A stretch of 64,000 bases of DNA from Octopus vulgaris. Taxonomy: Eukaryota. The notes below the pieces were generated by a model. The model worked only from the letters and a program-made list of their open reading frames with translations. It was not told the origin of the DNA and searched no databases. This document shows, in pieces, positions 38,044 to 50,989 of this stretch. Both the position numbers and the translations under genes were made by a program. The DNA is taken from NCBI GenBank assembly GCA_951406725.2, contig OX597831.1:65844001-65908000 (forward strand). The letters run 5' to 3'. Position 1 is the first letter of the stretch, and the number at the start of each line of letters is the position of its first letter.

Positions 38044-38333
38044 CTTCGTCGTCGTCGTTTAACATCCGCTTTCCCTGCTAGCATGGGTTGGACGGTTTGA
38101 CTGTGGGCTGCACCAGGCTCCAGTCTTGATCTGGCAGAGTTTCAACAGCTGGATGCCCTTCCGAACGCCAACCACTCCGAGAGTGTAGTGGGTGCTTTTA
38201 CGTGCCACCGGCACGGGGGCCAGTCAGGCGGTACTGGCAACGACCTCGCTCGAATTTTTACACATGGGCCAGTCAGGTGGTACTGGCAACGACCTCGCTT
38301 GAATTTTGGGGCCAGTCAGGCAGTACTGGCAAC
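38044..38333 (-). mobile_element. RTE-tail module copy with internal tandem gggccagtcaggcggtactggcaac repeats
   Basis: Matches 23040-23212. Confidence 0.85.
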
Positions 38334-38999
38334 AATACCATAATATTGTAGTAAACTCCAGGAATCACTTTTGTGCAGCTTGTATGAATTTGATTCGTGT
38401 ATTACAATTTATGTGTGGAGTGTATATTTTTAGTAGGTGTAGTATCTCAGATATATATTCTAATAGCTTGTTCATATATATGCTGTTGGTCTGTAGCTTT
38501 GTTGCATTGGCCATACAAATGAAGAGATAAGTATGTAAAGATCTAGAAACTCTATGCTTTTAAATAAACTGAGAAAAACAAATATTTAAAAGGTCTTAAA
38601 TTGCATTTTCACAAAATGCACACACACTAATAATAAAAACACATATACACTCCCACACACTATACACATGTATATTTGGAATACTTAAATCTGAGTGTAT
38701 ATTGTAAGGTTGTGGCATATGTGCAGTTTTTTAATGCTAAAATCATTGTTTTGCATGATTTATATTTTGTTTATATTTGTTTAACAAACTATGCCCTTAA
38801 TACATATATACTGCCAGAAAATCTCAGTTAAATATGAATATTTGCAAAGCTTTCCTTTTTTTGAAAATTTGATAATAATAACTTAATGTGCATGCATGTG
38901 TGTGTGGGTGTACATACATACATGCATGCATGCATGCACACACACATATGCGAGCACACACACATGTAGAAGAAGTGACATAAAGAAGAGTGAAGTGAA

Positions 39000-39960
39000 A
39001 TTGCTGTTGGGAGTGAAATTTTCAATGTTTTGGACAGGATTCTTTCTTCAGGATTAAGACGAAAGAAGTAGGGAAAAAGACAGAGAGAAAGACTGCAGAG
39101 TTTTACATCGTTTATGCTTGAGCTGCTGGCTGTAACTTATGAGGAACAAGAGAAGACAATGCGAGGTTTCATATATAGACTGGAAGTAGATGGAGAGAGA
39201 AACTTGACGATAAAGAGAGAGAAGGAAAGAGAAATAAAAAGGAGAAGAGAAGTGAGCAAGAGTGAGATGGAGGGAAAAATTAAAAGGAGAGGGAAGCTGG
39301 AGAATAAAAATTAAGAAGAATTGTAGAAATAGAAGGGAAAAACAGTCATTGAAACTTTAGTGACATGGTTCTGAGTTTGAATATGAACCATTATGCTTTC
39401 TGTTTGTTTCCTTGGGTTTGTGGATCCATGATGACTAGAGATGCTGCACATTAATTAATGGATAATGGAATGGCCCATTGTGTTGAAACGAGTGAGAGAC
39501 GGGTTGGTCTATCGTACATAACGGTGTACTTCAAATGTACTTCTGAAAGTGATTGGCAAGGCAACAACCTGTTCTTTGAAGTAAAGCATATCACAAAGTT
39601 TGCCGATGATGCAATGTGTGAGGTTTGAAGATTCACAGCAGATGTTTTGAGTAATGACTTAGACCTTGTGACAGTTTTAGTGTTGTCATTGCAGGGACAG
39701 GTATTGCATCATCAGCAAATTCACTTAAAAGTAATATGCCATGTATTGTTAGGTATCATGGAGCTTATAACAAGGAGATTGCTGAGGTTCTTGTCTTTCT
39801 TGAAAATGAGGAGGTGCTGCAGGAAAGATCAGAGTTGTTATGGGGTCAGAGAATAGATTTGGACGTCATGGATAAATGTGCAGGATGTGACATTTCTTCT
39901 TAAATAAAAGGTACAATTGATTGGTTGTGGTTACTGCACTACAGCAGGCTCAGATCATTG
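39000..39960 (-). mobile_element. Penelope-like element 3' part: GIY-YIG region plus LTR with a degenerate hammerhead (39021-39056)
   Basis: FSDPITTLIFPAAP..FKKDKNLSNLLV, CNTCP, CESSNLTHCIIGKLCDMLY, IFKLRTM; rc ctgaagaaagaatcctgtccaaaacattga. Confidence 0.65.
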
Positions 39961-39989
39961 ACCATGCCACTGCTCTCTTACCTTCTTTA

Positions 39990-40475
39990 CAGAATAGATT
40001 TCATGTTCCCTTACTTTCCATTAAAGCACAAATTCATCCACAACTTTGAAATCCTACTGTCTGGCCCCACAATTTGTTTCTTTATTACTCACAAGGGGCT
40101 AAATATAGAGGGGACAAACAAGGATAGATGAACGGATTAAGTCAATTACATTGACCCTAGTGTGTAACTGGTACTTAATTTATCGACCCCGAAAGGATGA
40201 AAGGCAAAGTCGACCTCGGTGGAAGTTGAACTCAGAGCGTAACGGCAGACAAAATACGGCTACACTGTTCGCCCGGCGTGCTAACGATTCTGCCAGCTCA
40301 CCGCCAATTGTCTGGCCCCACAATAGTTCTAGTCTTTCCTGTACTACTTCTCCTCACTTTTAAGAAAAATAGGAACCACAGCAACTTCCTAGTTAGACGC
40401 TCTGTTGTGCCTAACCACACACAATCGAGTGCTTTCAAGTGCACTGGCTGACCATACAACTCTTGGTTCTTCATT
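39990..40475 (+). mobile_element. Second, diverged Penelope fragment in opposite orientation, split by SINE D
   Basis: HNFEILLSGPTI..FP...FKKNRNHSNFLVR...FKC, homologous to the minus-strand fragment. Confidence 0.5.
40074..40305 (-). mobile_element. SINE family D, full length
   Basis: 16-bp TSD tgtctggccccacaat at 40058 and 40309. Confidence 0.92.
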
Positions 40476-40710
40476 AGAAACACCAGTGGTGGACTGCCAG
40501 GTTGCCAGATCGCCTGATGGCAAGTGGGTGTCCTTAGATAAAGAATTTAGTTAGTTGTTAAAATTTATCTGCAATAAATTGGTTATACTTCTACAACACA
40601 AGGTATTTTAACAATTTTCAATACAATTCCAAATGATCTATATTATAAAAGACAAGGTAAGGAATGAAACAAGGGGTAGTGGCAACCCTTTTTTCAAGTC
40701 TGTCACATTC

Positions 40711-40741
<31 letters not shown>

Positions 40742-40769
40742 TACACACACACACATATATATAATACAC

Positions 40770-40930
40770 AGGCACAGGAGTAGCTGCGTGGTAAGTAGCT
40801 TGCTTATGAACCACATGGTTCCGAGTTCAGTCCCACTGCGTGGAACCTTGGGCAAATGTTTTCTACTATAGCCTCAGGCTGAAAAAAGCCTTGAGTGGAT
40901 TTGGTAGATGGAAACTGAAAGAAGCCCGTC

Positions 40931-40971
<41 letters not shown>

Positions 40972-41207
40972 TATATATATAAGTATGTTTGTGTGTCTGT
41001 GTTTGTCCCCCCCACCATCGCTTCACAACCAATGCTGGTGTGTTTACGTCCCCATAACTTAGCAGTTCAGTAAAAGAGACTGATAGAATAAGTACTAGGC
41101 TTACAAAGAATAAGTCCTGGGGTCAATTTGCTTGACTAAAGACGGTGCTTCAGCATGGCCACACTCATATGACTGAAGCAAGTAAAAGAATAAAAGAATA
41201 AAAAGAA
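40770..41207 (+). mobile_element. SINE family A
   Basis: Full head, core and tail. Confidence 0.9.
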
Positions 41208-41675
41208 TCAGCTACAACAAAGTTGGAGGAAAAGACAAGAACATTTGATAACGTTCACAGCAAGGCTTTGGAATTTGTAAATAAATATGGAATGACAAGA
41301 TTTCATAGATGAATATGGATGAAAAATCAAACATTGGAAATTGATGCTTTCAAAACAGCATTGCCAGTTAAGAGACAGGAAAAGAAGAAATGACACATGA
41401 TTCCTTGTTCTCCAGCTGATTTTTTACTAAATGTGTTTAACCTAATAATGGATCACATTGTCCAGTGCTAGAATGAAACTTTGTACAACACAAACAGTTG
41501 TATAAGGATTTATCCTGCTTGAACCTAGCAAAGTTTAAAATTATTGCAGTGAAGGGCCTTGAAGTTGAAGCATTGGAAGATATTATTAAGTTGTTTCCAC
41601 AAATCGGCAAAGACCAAATAAAATTGGAATTGTTTTCTTTTGTTTCAAACTTTGATATATTAATGCTATTTTTTT

Positions 41676-41871
41676 TTACTTGTTTCAGTCATGTGACTGT
41701 GGCCATGCTGGAGCACCGACTTTAGTCGAGCAAATCGACCCCAGGACTTATTCTTTGTAAGCCTAGTACTTATTCTATCGGTCTCTTTTGCTGAACTGCT
41801 AAGTTACGGGGACGTAAACACACCAGCATTGGTTGTCAAGCGATGTTGGGGGGACAAATGCAGACACACAA

Positions 41872-41934
<63 letters not shown>

Positions 41935-42103
41935 CATATATACGACGGGCTTCTTTCAGTTTCCGTCTACCAAATCCACTCACAAGGCTTGGTTGGCCCA
42001 AGGCTATAGTAGAAGACACTTGCCCAAGGTGCCACACAGTGGGACTGAACCCAGAACCATGTGGCTGGTAAACAAGCTACTTACCACACAGCCACTCCTA
42101 CGT
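41676..42103 (-). mobile_element. SINE family A
   Basis: Full-length reverse copy. Confidence 0.92.
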
Positions 42104-43394
42104 CTATTGTTTAATGATGATGGGAATATGGCTTTCAGTTCCAACAACTTAAAATTTTCAGCACTTGCCCATTGTATGTACTAAAAATTCTGATGTTCAA
42201 CAGACTTTATGACAAAGCATATGATGACCTTTATGACCTTTATGAAGTCAACTGCCCACTATCAGTTACCTAAGTGCAATGTAAGAGGACATGTTCAAAG
42301 CTAAAGATCATAAAGGCAAGGTTAAGAAATTCACATTCTAAGGAGAACCTAGAATCATACAAGTTGCTATCCATTGAAATGGAATTGTTAGATGAATTGG
42401 ATGCAGAAGCAATTATTGACAGATTTTCACAACCACCTAGTGAACTCAAACAATTACTCTTAATATATTAGGCTGCATGTAATACACTTTTGTACTTTTC
42501 AACTATTTGTTAATATGTAAAATGTGCAATACAAGTAGACTATTTAAAAATATCCACCGATTATTTAAAAATTTAAAAAATCTGGTACACATACAATATG
42601 CTGTTATTTTGGAAGTATACACTGTTTTGTTAAAAATTCTATAAGGCCTTTATAAAAAGAATAATGGTAAGAGCAGGGATAAAAGAATAATAAAAGGAAG
42701 TAAAACATTAAAAGTAGAAGAAATCAATACCATGTCAATTTATCCTTTATTTTTAGATGGGCTGATGCAATTCCTGGCATTTGTATATTTGGTAAGAAAT
42801 AATGTGGTATGTACAAGTTGTTTGCAAGAGATCTCCTTTGTAAAGAATTAACAAATACATGATGCACATGTATGAAGATGTGGTGTTGACTGCAATGCTG
42901 TGATTCTCATAAGAAAACATACCTATCTCTTTGACAGTAAAAAGTCTTCATTAAAAATAGTGAAATTGATTTATTAAACTTTTTCAGTTTGGTTAAAAAT
43001 TTTCAAAATAACACATTTCCAAAATAACAGCATATTATACATTTAACAAAAAAACTTATTTAAAAATCCAATTATAACATTCTGTATTTGCATTTGGTAT
43101 TATGCTGCCAGTAATATATACAGTACATGTCCACTTTAATTAGGAAAAAATATAAAATTTTTTTCACAAAAGTTTTAATTGCATCGTTTTATTTCCACAT
43201 TTGTATTTTTTGAAAATTTTATTTATTCATTATAAAAATAAAATGATAGCATTGAGTTGTGGGTGGGCCCCCTTTGTCACTTGGCAACCAGTACTTTTAC
43301 AGTCAGTCCGCTACTGAAGAACATTACAGCCATCACTGGGCCTATGTCATTACTCAAAACTTCTCCTGCATGTCTTAGGTCCACAAAATATTTA

Positions 43395-43595
43395 AAAGGA
43401 CATCATGCTCGGAATGGTCAGTGGCAAGAGAGGAAGAGGCCGACCAAGAACCCGCTGGCTTGACACCATCAAAAGTGATACCGGAATGGACATAGTCAAT
43501 CTGAAGGAAGCAGCCCAGGATAGAACTGACTGGAGGACACTGATCCAACGAGTAACCAAGAGTCGACTTCGACTGAGCGGATACATAGATAGATA
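43395..43595 (+). mobile_element. BovB-like RTE 3' fragment
   Basis: MLGMVSGKRGRGRPRTRWLD...AAQDRTDWR...VTKSRLRL; (ATAG) tail. Confidence 0.85.
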
Positions 43596-43689
43596 TACTT
43601 AAAACATTTCACAATCTTACTGTCACTGTCTGTGGGATTTGAGCTACCACCACAATCAGATTGATGGTCGCCTCTTCGTAATATTGCTT

Positions 43690-44180
43690 GCAAATTCCAC
43701 TGAGGTCATTTTTACTTTTCATCCTTTCAGGGTCAATAAAATAACATACCAGTCAACTACTGGAGAACTGATATCAAACTAAATCCCTTTCCTTAAAACT
43801 GCTAGACTTGTACCAAAATATGAAACAATAACCATCATCTTCATTATTATTATCATTATAAATGCAACAAACTAGCAGAATCATCAGCTCACTGCATTTC
43901 ATCCACCTTTATGCTCTGATTTCAAATGCTGCCAAGGTCAACTTTATCTTTCATCCTTTTGGAATTGATATAATAGGTATCAGTCAATTATTGGGGTCAA
44001 CATAATTGACTGTCCCGTTTTTCCCAAAATTTCAGGTCTTGTGTATACAGTAGAAAGGATTATTACTATAAAGGCAGTGAGCTGGCAGAATCGTTAGCAT
44101 GCCAAACTAAGTCCCAGCAGCTTTTCTTCTGACTTTACCTTCTGAGTTTAAATTTTGCCGAGGTCAGCTTTGCTTTACAT
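43690..44180 (+). repeat. Three degenerate family-D SINEs head to tail
   Basis: Repeated aggtca.cttt..ctttcatcc core separated by (ATT)n spacers. Confidence 0.65.
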
Positions 44181-44513
44181 ATGAGCACAAAACCTTCAGT
44201 GCATCTGGTGGTTAATAATATAGAGGTTAGTTTTACACCTCTCATTTGAAGTTCCAGGCCCCAACTAAATCATTTTCCTGAAAAGTAGGCAGAATGTTGT
44301 AAACTACTGTATTATAAGAATTGAAGCCAAAATTTCTCAACAAGCTTCCACTGGTACAAAGCAAAATTGGTCATTTTGCAGCATCTAGCAAAAATTGCAT
44401 TAGCTTTCAGGGTTACTTCGCACATCAATAATACAGTGGTGAGGGCCTTGTTCAAATTACTAATTATAGATAAATAATATATCAGCCCAACAACAAAAAT
44501 TAGTCATTGATGT

Positions 44514-45022
44514 GACCTCCTTCGGTCATGAATGACCATGGAATTGCACCTAGAAAGTTACCCTCCCAGGCACAAGTCTGGGCAAAGTTGTTTATGGAAG
44601 ACCAGCAGTCGCCCACGCATACCAGCCTCCCCTCTCCGCACCACCGATGTTATCCAAGGGAAAGGCAAAGGCCGATACAGCTTGGCACCATTGACGTCGC
44701 AGCTCAATTATTAATGTGCAAGTGGCTGAGCACTCCACAGACACGTGTACCCTTAACATAGTTCTCGAGGAGATTCAGCGTGACACAGAGTGTGACAAGG
44801 TTGGCCCTTTGAAATGCAGGTGCAACAGAAACATGAAGAAAGAGTGAGAGAAAGTTGTGGTGAAAGAATACAGCAGGGTTCACCACCACCCCCTGTCAGA
44901 GCCTCATGGAGCTTAAGGTATTTTCGCTCAATAAACACTCACAATGCCCAGTCTGGGAATCAAAACCGCAATCCTTCGCCCGAGAGTCTGCTGCCCTAAC
45001 CACTGGGCCATTGCGCCTCCAC
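44514..45022 (-). mobile_element. Modular SINE: family-B-like head + family-C core + distinct 3' module
   Basis: TSD agtcattgatgt at 44502 and 45023. Confidence 0.85.
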
Positions 45023-45894
45023 AGTCATTGATGTAAATAACATATAATAGTAGATAATCTTTATAAGCCCTTAGTTATCTGATCTTATAGTCTTTACCTT
45101 CCCACTAAGAGGCATACAATATCTGTTGTCAAATATGTATTGATATTTAAAGATGGCTTATCTCATTGTAAAGTTACAAAGACTGCAGAGGTAGATTAAG
45201 ATATCATTTTCTATGTTGTCGCAGTGACGTTAACAGTGACATATCTGTTAAAGAAACTAGCTGCACTATCTACAATATGGAAAACATGAAGACTCTGGAA
45301 GAAACAATTTCACAGTTGAAATTTGGAAAACTGTTGGAGATTTGTTTACAGGAGTTACACATTCTATATTCTTTCAGTGTTTCTGCATTTATTGAAAGAA
45401 TGCCAACAGCATCACTACTTACATAAGCATCAGAGTTTCTACCAAATAAACAACTGTTACAGAATCAACAATAGTTCTAGAAACATAAGGATGACTACTA
45501 AGGTAGCAATAGCTATAGAAAAATAAAGAAAAAGTATGTGACTTCAAAGCTTTATGGATAAAATATTTATTTGTGTAATTGTTGTTATGTAGCAGACTGT
45601 TTTAGAAAAGTTCTATCTAAACATCAAAGCCAATTATTCTATAGGCATAGCTGAGCTGATATGATCAGGGGTATTGTTCAACTGTATAAGAAGAGTATAA
45701 AATAACAAAAGCCACCATCTGTAATACTTGTGGACTTACCCCACAAAGCATTTGGTTTAGTCAGTAGTTCTGGTGATACAACTTTGGAGTATTTTGAATA
45801 TTACAATACACTTTCTGACCCTTTTGATGACAATTTTTCACAAATCATGCAATTCAGCAAATCTGAAGGGTCCTGCATTGACAATGGAGTTTAA

Positions 45895-46513
45895 CCCTTC
45901 AGCATTTAAACCAGTTATATCCGGCCAAAATATTTTACGTTTTATGTACAAAGTGGCCAGATCTGGCCTCTCGCACCAACTCTATAATGTCATTCTAAAA
46001 ACTTGCAGGAGTGGCTGTGTGGTAAGTAGCTTGGTTACCAACCACATGGTTCCAGGTTCAGTCCCACTGCGTGGCACCTTGGGCAAGTGTCTTCTACTAT
46101 AGCCTCGGGCCGACCAAAGCCTTGTGAGTGGATTTGGTAGACAGAAACTGAAAGAAGCCCGTCGTATATATGTATATAAATATATATGCGTGTGTGTATG
46201 TTTGTGTGTCTGTGTTTGTCCCCCTAGCATTGCTTGACAACCGATGCTAGTGTGTTTACGTCCCCATCACTTAGCGGTTCGGCAAAAGAGACCGATAGAA
46301 TAAGTACTGGACTTACAAAGAATAAGTCCCAGGGTTGAGTTGCACGACTAAAGGCGGTGCTCCAGCATGGCCACAGTCAAATGACTGAAACAAGTAAAAG
46401 AGTAAAAGAGAGTTACTTTGTCAAAATCTCAAAGCTACAAGATAATGCATAACTAATTCAAAACTATGAATAAATAGCATTACTTTTGAAAGAATAGCGT
46501 GAATGCTGAAAGG
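45895..46513. mobile_element. piggyBac-like MITE (TTAA TSD) containing a nested SINE A
   Basis: TTAA|cccttcagcatt...aatgctgaaagg|TTAA; homologous to 55686-55907. Confidence 0.75.
46005..46412 (+). mobile_element. SINE family A
   Basis: Full length. Confidence 0.93.
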
Positions 46514-47030
46514 TTAAGAAGGATTAATTACCACTCCTACCGTATTTAATATTTGTTTCATTTTTCCCACTCCATCATTTGGTATGCTGCTTCCCTTGAC
46601 AAGCATTCTTTTTTTTACCTTTATCTGTTAAGTGGTACAAAGATATAAGAGTTCCTAATTATTCAAGAGCTCTTTATATCTTAAATGGATAATTCTGCTT
46701 TTGTGAAGCACATGAATGGTATTCCGCAATTCATTTTGATGTGAACGCGTTTAGTTTAGAGACAAACTTGTTCAAGCTGTCAAGGAGGTAAGCTTTAGTA
46801 TTTACATAAAAGACAACTCTCCTTGGTAAAAAGCATTCTATAATCATCCTCCATTTTGACATTCTATTCTGTTTTATCAAGAGGTAGTTCATAATGTAAG
46901 AGATCTCATACATTCCACACTGGCCAATCCATGTTTTGCCACTCGTCCCAAGGTCAACAGCTCCCCTGCATCTGATATGAAGATCCTCATTAACATATGT
47001 ATGACTTTGGCAGAACTCCTACAACACATT

Positions 47031-47339
47031 TTGTTGTTGTTTGTTCCTTCTCGAGCCATGCCTGGTTCATAAGGGCCGGTTTGCTGGTTTCTTGGCGTAT
47101 AGGTTCCCCACCTGGACAGGATGCCGGTCCATCGCAGGTGAGCTGCAAGATGCAGGAGGAAAGAGTGAGAGAGAAAGTTGTGGTGAAAAAGTCAGCAGAA
47201 GTTCGCCATTACCTTCTGCCGGAGCCACGTGGAGCTTAGGTGTTTCGCTCATAAACACACACATCGCCTAATCTGAGATTCAAACCATGATCCCTTGACT
47301 GCGAGTCCGCTGCTCTAACCACTAGGCCATGTGCCTCCA
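47031..47339 (-). mobile_element. SINE family B
   Basis: TSD cctacaacacatt at 47018 and 47340. Confidence 0.93.
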
Positions 47340-48880
47340 CCTACAACACATTAAGGCTCTATAACCATGTTTTGTGATATAAAAGAGTAGCCTGTGGCAT
47401 ATTTGGTCTTCTCAAAGCATGTCCAATCGAAGTCAATCGTTTTGAACATAGAATGTTTTCAACTGAGGAAATCTACACTCTTATAATTGGTGAGTTCTAA
47501 TGTCTTGATATTGAGTTGATCTCTTGTAAAGCAACGTCTCTAATTTTTAGATGGCTATGTAAGCATATTTGGAATCTTACCAACAAACTTAAAATGGTAA
47601 TTTGGAAGTTCTGTATGGTGGAAGTGAAACCTTGGGCCATCAACTGAATGCTATATCAGAGACTCACTGCCTCCCATACCATCTACCAGCCAGCTATGAT
47701 CTTAACTCACTCCATTATATTCAATACAGCTGGAACATGATTATATCTTTTCCTAACATAACATATATATTAAGAATATGTACATTATTGGGTGAGTGTG
47801 TGTGTGTTTTCATGAATGTGTGTGTGTATGTTTGTGTGAATGTGTGTGTGTGTGTGTGTGTGTGTAGTGAATGAGTGGGGAAGTGAATGAGAGGAATGAT
47901 GAAAGAGATTGCATGCATGACTACAATGCTGGTGAAGAAAATACTGCAGAAATGTTGAAGAAAGGATAGACCATTAATAATGTAATCTATAAAACTGATG
48001 AAATTCGAAAGAATCTATTGTATATTGGAGATTTTAGATAAGTTTATAATTGCATTTGTTTTGTGCCTTGTGCCAATTCAGGTTGACAAAAAAAGAAAAA
48101 TTAAATGAAATGAAAAGAAATTAAAGAAAATATAAAATGTAAAGAGAGGGAGAAATTGGTTGATTATAACTAGCTTAGTAAATTTACAAGCAATTTTAGA
48201 TAACTATGAGGAAATTTAATCATAAAGATAATATTATTACCAATGAGAGCACACACAAGAATAAAAATGAATTCAATAATAACTCGCATAAAGACTATGG
48301 AATAACGATTTCAACATTGACTTTGTAACTATAGCTTGGCAATTTAAATGACCTAGAGATGTCAATTAGATTGGCAAAACTTATGGAAGCTGACTACTCA
48401 GACGCAAACACACACAGAGGACTTTTGAAGGAGAATGCGCCTATACTTTCCAAATAGTGAATTATGGAAGATTAGTATTCTCTGATATGTATTTAGATGG
48501 GCTGCAAAAGTAATGACATTATATTCGAATAAATATGAAATAATGCAAATCAACATTTAAAATAGAATTTTTGATAGGTATACTTTAGATGTACTACTGA
48601 CTTCCTTTCCAAAAGAAGTATAATGGTGGCCCATTTTTGAAATGAGCCCCATGAATTAGAGTGACTGCTGCAGATAGTGTCCATGGCTGTTCTCCATGGC
48701 AACACCATCACTGTCTTTATCACAGGGCACGGCTGAGCATGTCATTTGCTCTGGGATATGTGGGTATGTGGGCCATTGCTACCTCCTCTCCGTCTTTCAC
48801 TGCTTTACCCCCCACACACTTCTTTCCTTTTCTTTCTTTTCCTTTCTTATCACTCTGTTTTCCTGTTTCTTTGTTTTTTA

Positions 48881-49086
48881 CCCTTTAGTGTTCAGATTAC
48901 TCTCTTAAATATAATACTTTTCCACTCAAATTGTTTTGAATTAATCATGCATTATCTTATAGCTTTGAGGTTTCAGTGATGTGATTGTTTATTTTTAGCA
49001 TGACATTGTAGGTTAGGTGTGAGAGGCTAGATATCGCCAGTTTGAATATAAAACATTTAGAATATTTGGGCCGGATATGGCCGGTT
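48881..49086. mobile_element. piggyBac-like MITE copy, truncated at the adjacent GGATC MITE
   Basis: Homologous to 55686-55890. Confidence 0.7.
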
Positions 49087-49089
49087 CTT

Positions 49090-49870
49090 GGATCTTTGTG
49101 GTTTTCATCACTGTTTACAATTTTGTTCCAATTGTTTTCAAATTTGGAATATGGATGAATTTTTGCATACTTTTTATGAAAATCAAACTCATTTTCCCCT
49201 ATAAATCCACAATTAAAAGGTTATTAGCCATTAAAATTTGCAAAATTTGGTTATTTTAGCCAATCAGGAGCTAGTATTTTACACATCACTGTGGCAAAGA
49301 ACTCTGTTCCCATAGTAACCAAAGCAAAGAAGCACCACATGTTCCATAGCTAACCAAAGATGCTGCAAATGCGCACAGGGAGTGTAACCACCACGTGTTT
49401 TATAATTCTTTTATCTTCATAACACAAGGAATTCGATTCTAGAATAATATAGAAATTTTAGAACAGTGACAAGATGGCCCCAACTTCCATTCTTGAATTT
49501 TTAAAAATAAATGTCTGTTTTAAGCAATGTTTTAACTGTTATTTCTAGTAACTCCTGTCGGTTTGTGTGTAGCTTTTAAATATTCAATTTGCTTACGAAT
49601 GTTTTAATGATTTTTACTGTTTACTGTAGCTAGTTTAATGCTTTGACACGTCAGTGCCCTTTCCCCCACTGATGATAAAAGAGGTAGCAAGTGCGCTGTT
49701 TTCTGATTGGCTGAAAATTATAAAACTTTGAACACCTGTAAAATTTTCGCAAAATTTGTCTGGAATAAATAAATAACAAATTCTGATTTAGCATCAAAAA
49801 TTACATCTATATGATTTATTAATTTTTTTTTTAAGATTTCGACATTCAATGATGAAAACCACAAAGATCC
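49090..49870. mobile_element. MITE with GGATCTTTGTGGTTTTCATCA TIRs
   Basis: ggatctttgtggttttcatca ... tgatgaaaaccacaaagatcc; internal inverted gccaatcag/ctgattggc; no clear TSD. Confidence 0.75.
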
Positions 49871-50333
49871 TTGTGTTCTAATAAAATTTATTTATATATT
49901 TTGAAAAAAGAAAAATACAAAATCCTTTATAGTTCTTTAATTATTTCTACTTATTGGGTGATTCATAATTTTTTGACTCTCAAAAATATTTCTAGTGTAT
50001 CACATGCCAAAATAAAATAAATAGATAAATATAAGTAATAGTTTGGGAATCTCCTTCAAATCCTACCCTACTTTTGTTAAAGGCAGATTGGTCATGGTTG
50101 GAATACTTATGATTCTAGTTTTGCTTGATGGGAATAATTTTGATTATAGCTCTGTTTGTGAATAATTTGGAGCTAAAAATGTTAAATAGCTGAATGAATA
50201 CATTGCTCAGATTCAAATAGCTGTTTAAAATGAAGGTTGAAAGATATTGTTTATGGATTTCAATTGTAAGAAATATCAAATCTGCAGAATTTTTTCTGTA
50301 AGTCACATATCATATTTGATGGCATAGAAGGTG

Positions 50334-50552
50334 CATCATCATCATCATCATCATCGTCATTTTACGTCCACTTTCCATGCTAGCATGGGTTGGACGGTTC
50401 GACTGTGGGCTGGAGAACCAGATGGCTGCACCAAGCTCTAGTCTTGATCTGGCAGAGTTTCTACGGCTGGATGCCCTTCCTAACACCAACCACTCCGAGA
50501 GTGTAGTGGGTGATTTTAACGTGCCACCAGCACGGGGGCCAGTCAGGTGGTA
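50334..50552 (-). mobile_element. RTE-tail module copy
   Basis: Matches the 38044 copy and 23040-23212. Confidence 0.85.
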
Positions 50553-50989
50553 GGCATAAGCATATATAACCCCAACTGTCATCACAACCACCATTTTTCA
50601 GAGTTTTTCAGGAAATATGTTTTTAGTGTATTTAGAATTTAATATTTATTAAAATTTGTATCGTAGACAAAAAAAAATTGAACAAATCAGGCAAACCAAA
50701 TGACTGTATAACAAAGCATGCTACCAGTACAGTTGAACGTAAACAGGAAATAACAATAGACAAACAGGTTATTTACAATTAAAATCTCCTGCACGAACAG
50801 TCAGCAGTGATATAAATATTGCAAAGTTAAAGTAAGCAGAAAACATTTTATGAAAAGTAAGCTACCAGTACAGCAGAACAACAACAGAGCAAGAAAATGG
50901 GGGAGAGAGAGAGATGCTGGTGGTCAAGATAATTTTTCGTCATCAGAACCTAAAAACTCATCATCACTTCAGCTGGTATCACTCTCATT

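Larger units (their letters stand above)
40484..43316 (+). mobile_element. Internally deleted hAT element with C-terminal dimerisation-domain relic and two nested SINEs
   Basis: TIRs cagtggtggactg / cagtccgctactg; QCKRTCSKLKIIKARLRNSHSKENLE..LLSIE..IIDRF at 42274-42471; TSD only 5/8. Confidence 0.65.

Noticed and set aside
38215-38333. Repeat-spacer-like array gggccagtcagg.ggtactggcaac
   Set aside because: Not CRISPR: spacers are not unique, no cas genes, eukaryotic context, part of the RTE tail module
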